From positions 43,819 to 83,818 of the forward strand of contig DAOMYL010000002.1 in assembly GCA_035437565.1 (NCBI GenBank): a DNA stretch of 40,000 nucleotides, in the 5' to 3' direction. How positions within the stretch are numbered: the stretch's first letter is position 1; every line of letters starts with the position of its first letter. Both the position numbers and the translations under genes were made by a program. The notes below the pieces were generated by a model. It ran no database searches. It was not told the DNA's origin and saw only the letters and a list, made by a program, of their open reading frames with translations. Below are positions 39,184-40,000 of the stretch, in pieces. This stretch comes from a bacterium (GTDB lineage: Bacteria > Patescibacteriota > Gracilibacteria > BD1-5 > UBA2023).

Positions 39184-40000
39184 ATGCCAACAGGAGAAAC
39201 ATTCACCGCCATCGACATCGGCAGCTCCAAGATCAAGACCATCATCGCGAACTTCTCCGAGAGCAACGATATCCGGGTTCTCGGAGTCGGAACCTCCGCC
39301 TCCGGATGAGTCCGGAAAGGCAACATTCTCGATATGGACGAGTTCAAGAAAAATCTCGATCACGCCCTTTCGGAAGCTGAGCGCATGACCGGAGAACAAA
39401 TCACCAACGTCTACCTCACCCTCTCCGGGCCCGTCATCGAGAGCGTCACGAACGTTGGGATCGTCTCGGTCCTCGGTACCGAGATCACGGAGGATGACGT
39501 CAATCGTTCCCTCGACATGGCACAGAACGGGGTCGATCTCACGAACCGCTCGGTTCTCAAGGTGATCCCGGAAACGTTCACTATCGACCGCGAACCCGGT
39601 CTGAAGAACCCTGTCGGCATGGCCGCAAAGAAGCTCGAAGTCCGCGCACATATCTACTCCATCGGATCGAATGTTCTCGCGAATATCCAGCGGGCCGTCG
39701 GCGATGTTGGGGTTGGGATCCTCGATATGTATCCGAGCGTCATTACCTCGGGAGAGGCTGTCCTGTCGAAGCGACAGAAAGAGCTCGGGGTCACCGTCAT
39801 CGAGATCGGATCATCAAGTACGAATATTGCCGTCTACGAGGAGGGCGCGCTCCTCTTCTCATCGGTGGTACCCGTCGGTGGAGAGCATGTGACGAGCGAT
39901 ATCGCGCTCGGTTTCCGCGTATCCATTGATCTCGCCGAGCGTCTCAAGCTCGAAGTAGCCGACCTCGCATTTTCTCCCGAGGATGATAAGGACGTGGAGA
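39184..40000 (+). CDS. ftsA: Cell division protein FtsA (5' part; runs off the window)
   Basis: Absent from the track because TGA 39307-39309 cuts off a 41-aa head and the rest has no stop inside the window. Sequence FTAIDIGSSKIKTIIA...GVGTSASG-G-VRKGNILDMDEF..., LKVIPETFTIDREPGLKNPVGM, VIEIGSSSTNIAVYEEGAL, GGEHVTSDIALGF. It aligns with E. coli FtsA motifs. Confidence 0.9.

Noticed and set aside
1-40000. Interpreting the many in-frame TGA codons as pseudogenisation, selenocysteine or UGA = Trp (code 4)
   Set aside because: Fragments always resume in the same frame with conserved motifs intact, so this is not decay. There are far too many sites, and none sits at a Cys/Sec-type position with a SECIS context. 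The aligned family positions are glycines (GPEGG, RGRVGRG, NRRG, PGRxE), not tryptophans.
1-40000. Search for CRISPR arrays, IS elements, transposases, integrases, toxin-antitoxin pairs or recognisable defence genes
   Set aside because: No spaced direct repeats and no DDE, serine or tyrosine recombinase motifs were seen. There are also no typical TA or restriction-modification signatures. The only repeat-like elements are the hairpins and the inverted repeat at 33.2-33.5 kb.

Overview
GC3-biased bacterial chromosomal window that is only coherent under genetic code 25 (UGA = Gly; TAA and TAG are the only stops used). By hand count about 50 in-frame TGA codons sit inside otherwise intact genes. 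Many fall at invariant glycines: GPEGG in RsmE, RGRVGRG in RecG, NRRG in PriA, PGRxE and FGxxGDRD in the Mur ligase. This points to a Gracilibacteria/Absconditabacteria (SR1)-type CPR organism; I cannot tell which from this window. The supplied standard-code ORF track splits roughly 25 genes, so I re-joined fragments that share a frame across TGA.

Content is mostly housekeeping:
- thyA, a DUF218 gene and folA
- a Pol I-like 5'-3' exonuclease that lacks a polymerase domain
- exonuclease-fused dinG
- a type IV pilus block (two membrane proteins, pilB, pilC), with a pilin gene 10 kb away
- a Mur ligase and rsmE
- a 616-aa orphan ORF containing 7 UGA codons
- a thioredoxin-like gene and a pyruvyl transferase
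- a Kazal-like secreted protein, a histidine phosphatase and recG
- a stand-alone PriA C-terminal module
- two MFS transporters, rnr and a bPH membrane protein
- a tRNA-dihydrouridine synthase
- CIRCE-regulated dnaK, a Nudix hydrolase, miaA and the 5' part of ftsA

The least explained stretch is 33.2-35.2 kb. It holds repeated terminator-like hairpins that share a 14-nt core, a 114-bp inverted-repeat element, a roughly 310-nt GC-rich and heavily base-paired non-coding segment (candidate ncRNA of unknown class), an AT-rich islet with two small genes, and a 16-bp hairpin.

I found no rRNA, tRNA, CRISPR array, transposase or integrase. All assignments come from reading motifs by eye. No database search was run.
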